DNA of 64,000 nucleotides from Yuukianura sp. NJ FZ-2021 (Eukaryota): NCBI GenBank assembly GCA_046563655.1, contig CM102283.1, positions 1,612,001 to 1,676,000 of the forward strand, read 5' to 3'. Shown piece by piece: positions 62,401 to 64,000 of this stretch (position 1 is its first letter; each line of letters starts with the position of its first letter). The notes under the pieces were generated by a model. It saw only the letters and a program-made list of their open reading frames with translations, ran no database searches and was not told where the DNA came from. The position numbers and the translations under genes were made by a program.

Positions 62401-63837
62401 ACCAGTTTGTGACACATTTCCAAAAAGTTCTTCCATTGAATCTTTTTCAGCCATGATGACATCGTTTCTAGCTTGTTCAATTGCGTCCAGAACAATAGAG
62501 TTGTCCAACGTATTGTTTTTGATGACCAGAATTCTTGACACCTCTGACCTCACGTTAACTGGATCTGATTGGATGATGCCAAAGTCATTAAAGGCGGAGC
62601 AAACATATGACCCTGTGTCGCGAATCGCGTCGAAACCGTGAATCAACAAAGTTCCAGCGGGGAGCATCGACATTCGGTTGGATTCGGCTAACGGAGCGCC
62701 GTCTTTCCTCCACAGTATAGTCGGTGGTGGAACTCCCGCAGCGGCGCAATCCAACCGTACGGTTTCGAATCTGCCAAAAAATCATTTGTTAAAGTTTTCA
62801 AATAAATAATTGTAAAAATAAGTTATTCGTTGGTAGCTTCGTTGTTTAAACTTTACCGCGAAACGTTAGAGTAGGAGGGCGTGGCTATAAATAATGGTGG
62901 TGAGCCACCGATGATACGAACGTTGGCCACGGCTTCCAGAAAACCGCCGCTGTTTTCAGCACGACAAGCATATTCACCTTCGTCTTCTTGCAGCGTAAAC
63001 TTCAACACAAGTTGCATTCCTTCTGCCATAAAAACAACTCGGACACCGTCTGGCACTACTTCAACACCGTTGTGGTACCAAGTAACGTTCGGTTGTGGAT
63101 CTCCTGATGCCTAACAAATTTCAAAATTTTGAAGAAAAAACGAAGTTTTTCAAAAATTTTTGAACCATCAAGGTACCTCACAGTTCTGCACCATCATCGT
63201 CCCCTTCTCAACAGACATTTCTACCGGTGAAGAAATCCAAATTGGCGGCACTGAAACGCCAAAAAACGTTTTCACTATAAATCTGTAGTAAATTTTTGCA
63301 AGGTTGTACAAAGTTCACAAAAATCCTCTACATACGGTTACTTTTTTTGAGAAACTGTGCATATAGTTCATAATTTTCAACTTACTTAGAACATTGACTC
63401 TAGCAATGGCCGAGAGTTTCCCAAGCGAGTTCATAGCCGAACACTGGTAAATACCAGCATCTTGTTTTCCCGCCGAAACAATCCAAAGTCCACCCTCAGG
63501 CGTAAGTCTACGTCGTGTATCGTTGGCTGCAATGGGAACGTCGTTTAAGAACCAAAGTAGGATGGGCTGCGGGTGCCCTCTGGCGGAACAGTTAAGCAAC
63601 AAAAAACTTCCTTCCTTAACGTCCGAATCCTGAGGAATGCGGGTAAATCGGGGACGGAATTCGGGTATCGTCTGACGCCTGGTTTCCATATTGGCTCTTC
63701 TGGATTTGGCCTCTCCTACGGTACTTTTGGCCATACATTCGTACGTCCCGCCGTCACTTTCTCCTGCCTTGGCTATCATCAGTGTTCCGTCGTCGAGGAT
63801 TGAGTAACGAGGTTCTTTGGACTGTTGAATTTCATTA
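59481..63837 (-). CDS. Pxn: Peroxidasin (Ig domains plus heme peroxidase domain), 3' exons; gene continues beyond the window
   Basis: Ig C2 repeats ([44 protein letters not shown]); [10 protein letters not shown]; distal [24 protein letters not shown]; proximal [21 protein letters not shown]. Stop at 59483-59481. Confidence 0.93.
61594..61783. mobile_element. Foldback / MITE-like inverted repeat in a peroxidasin intron
   Basis: Arms of about 75 bp: TATGGGGGGAAATCACCAGCAGAAACTTTTGAAAAAATCTGCAACGAAAAATTTTT...ACGTCGACTTTTT pairs with AAAAAGTCGACGT...AAAAATTTTTGTTGCAAATTTTTCGAAAGTTTGTGCTGGTGATATCCCCCCATA. Confidence 0.75.
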
Positions 63838-64000
63838 CTGTAAACAAAAATAAACACAAGTGATGTTTGTTGTTTAATGTATTTTATCATGTTTATATGT
63901 TTATAGCCTGTTGAGAGTTGTGATTTTTGCACAAAATGAAATAAAAACAGACGTCGCGTAGACTGGCGGATTTGCATAATTTGTAAGTTTTCGACATCCG

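Overview
Eukaryotic, AT-rich, intron-containing animal DNA, most likely arthropod; the intron style suggests a springtail-like hexapod, but that is inference. Ordinary host genes, in order: 3' part of SKI3/TTC37 (+), fatty acid transport protein (-), yippee/YPEL5 (-), SLC19 thiamine transporter (+), RASSF9/10-like (-), a long PLEKHG5-like RhoGEF (-) and the 3' part of peroxidasin (-). The striking feature lies at 11.7-27.4 kb: a six-copy tandem array (4 intact genes, 2 pseudogenes) of copper amine oxidase-family genes with a bacterial-like, intronless ~2.1-kb main exon. Each intact copy carries a 52-nt signal-peptide exon and a 14-Cys N-terminal module that includes a C-C-CC-C-C knottin-like framework. 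All full-length copies replace the canonical N-Y-D/E cofactor motif with N-Y-G/A. Likely substrate-channel positions vary between copies while both gene ends are homogenised. Also present: hAT-type MITEs with 8-bp TSDs, a tRNA-derived SINE, a foldback element, and a 36-bp tandem repeat in which five units carry a perfect IR-1 (ecdysone-response-element-like) palindrome. Family assignments come from remembered motifs; no database search was run.
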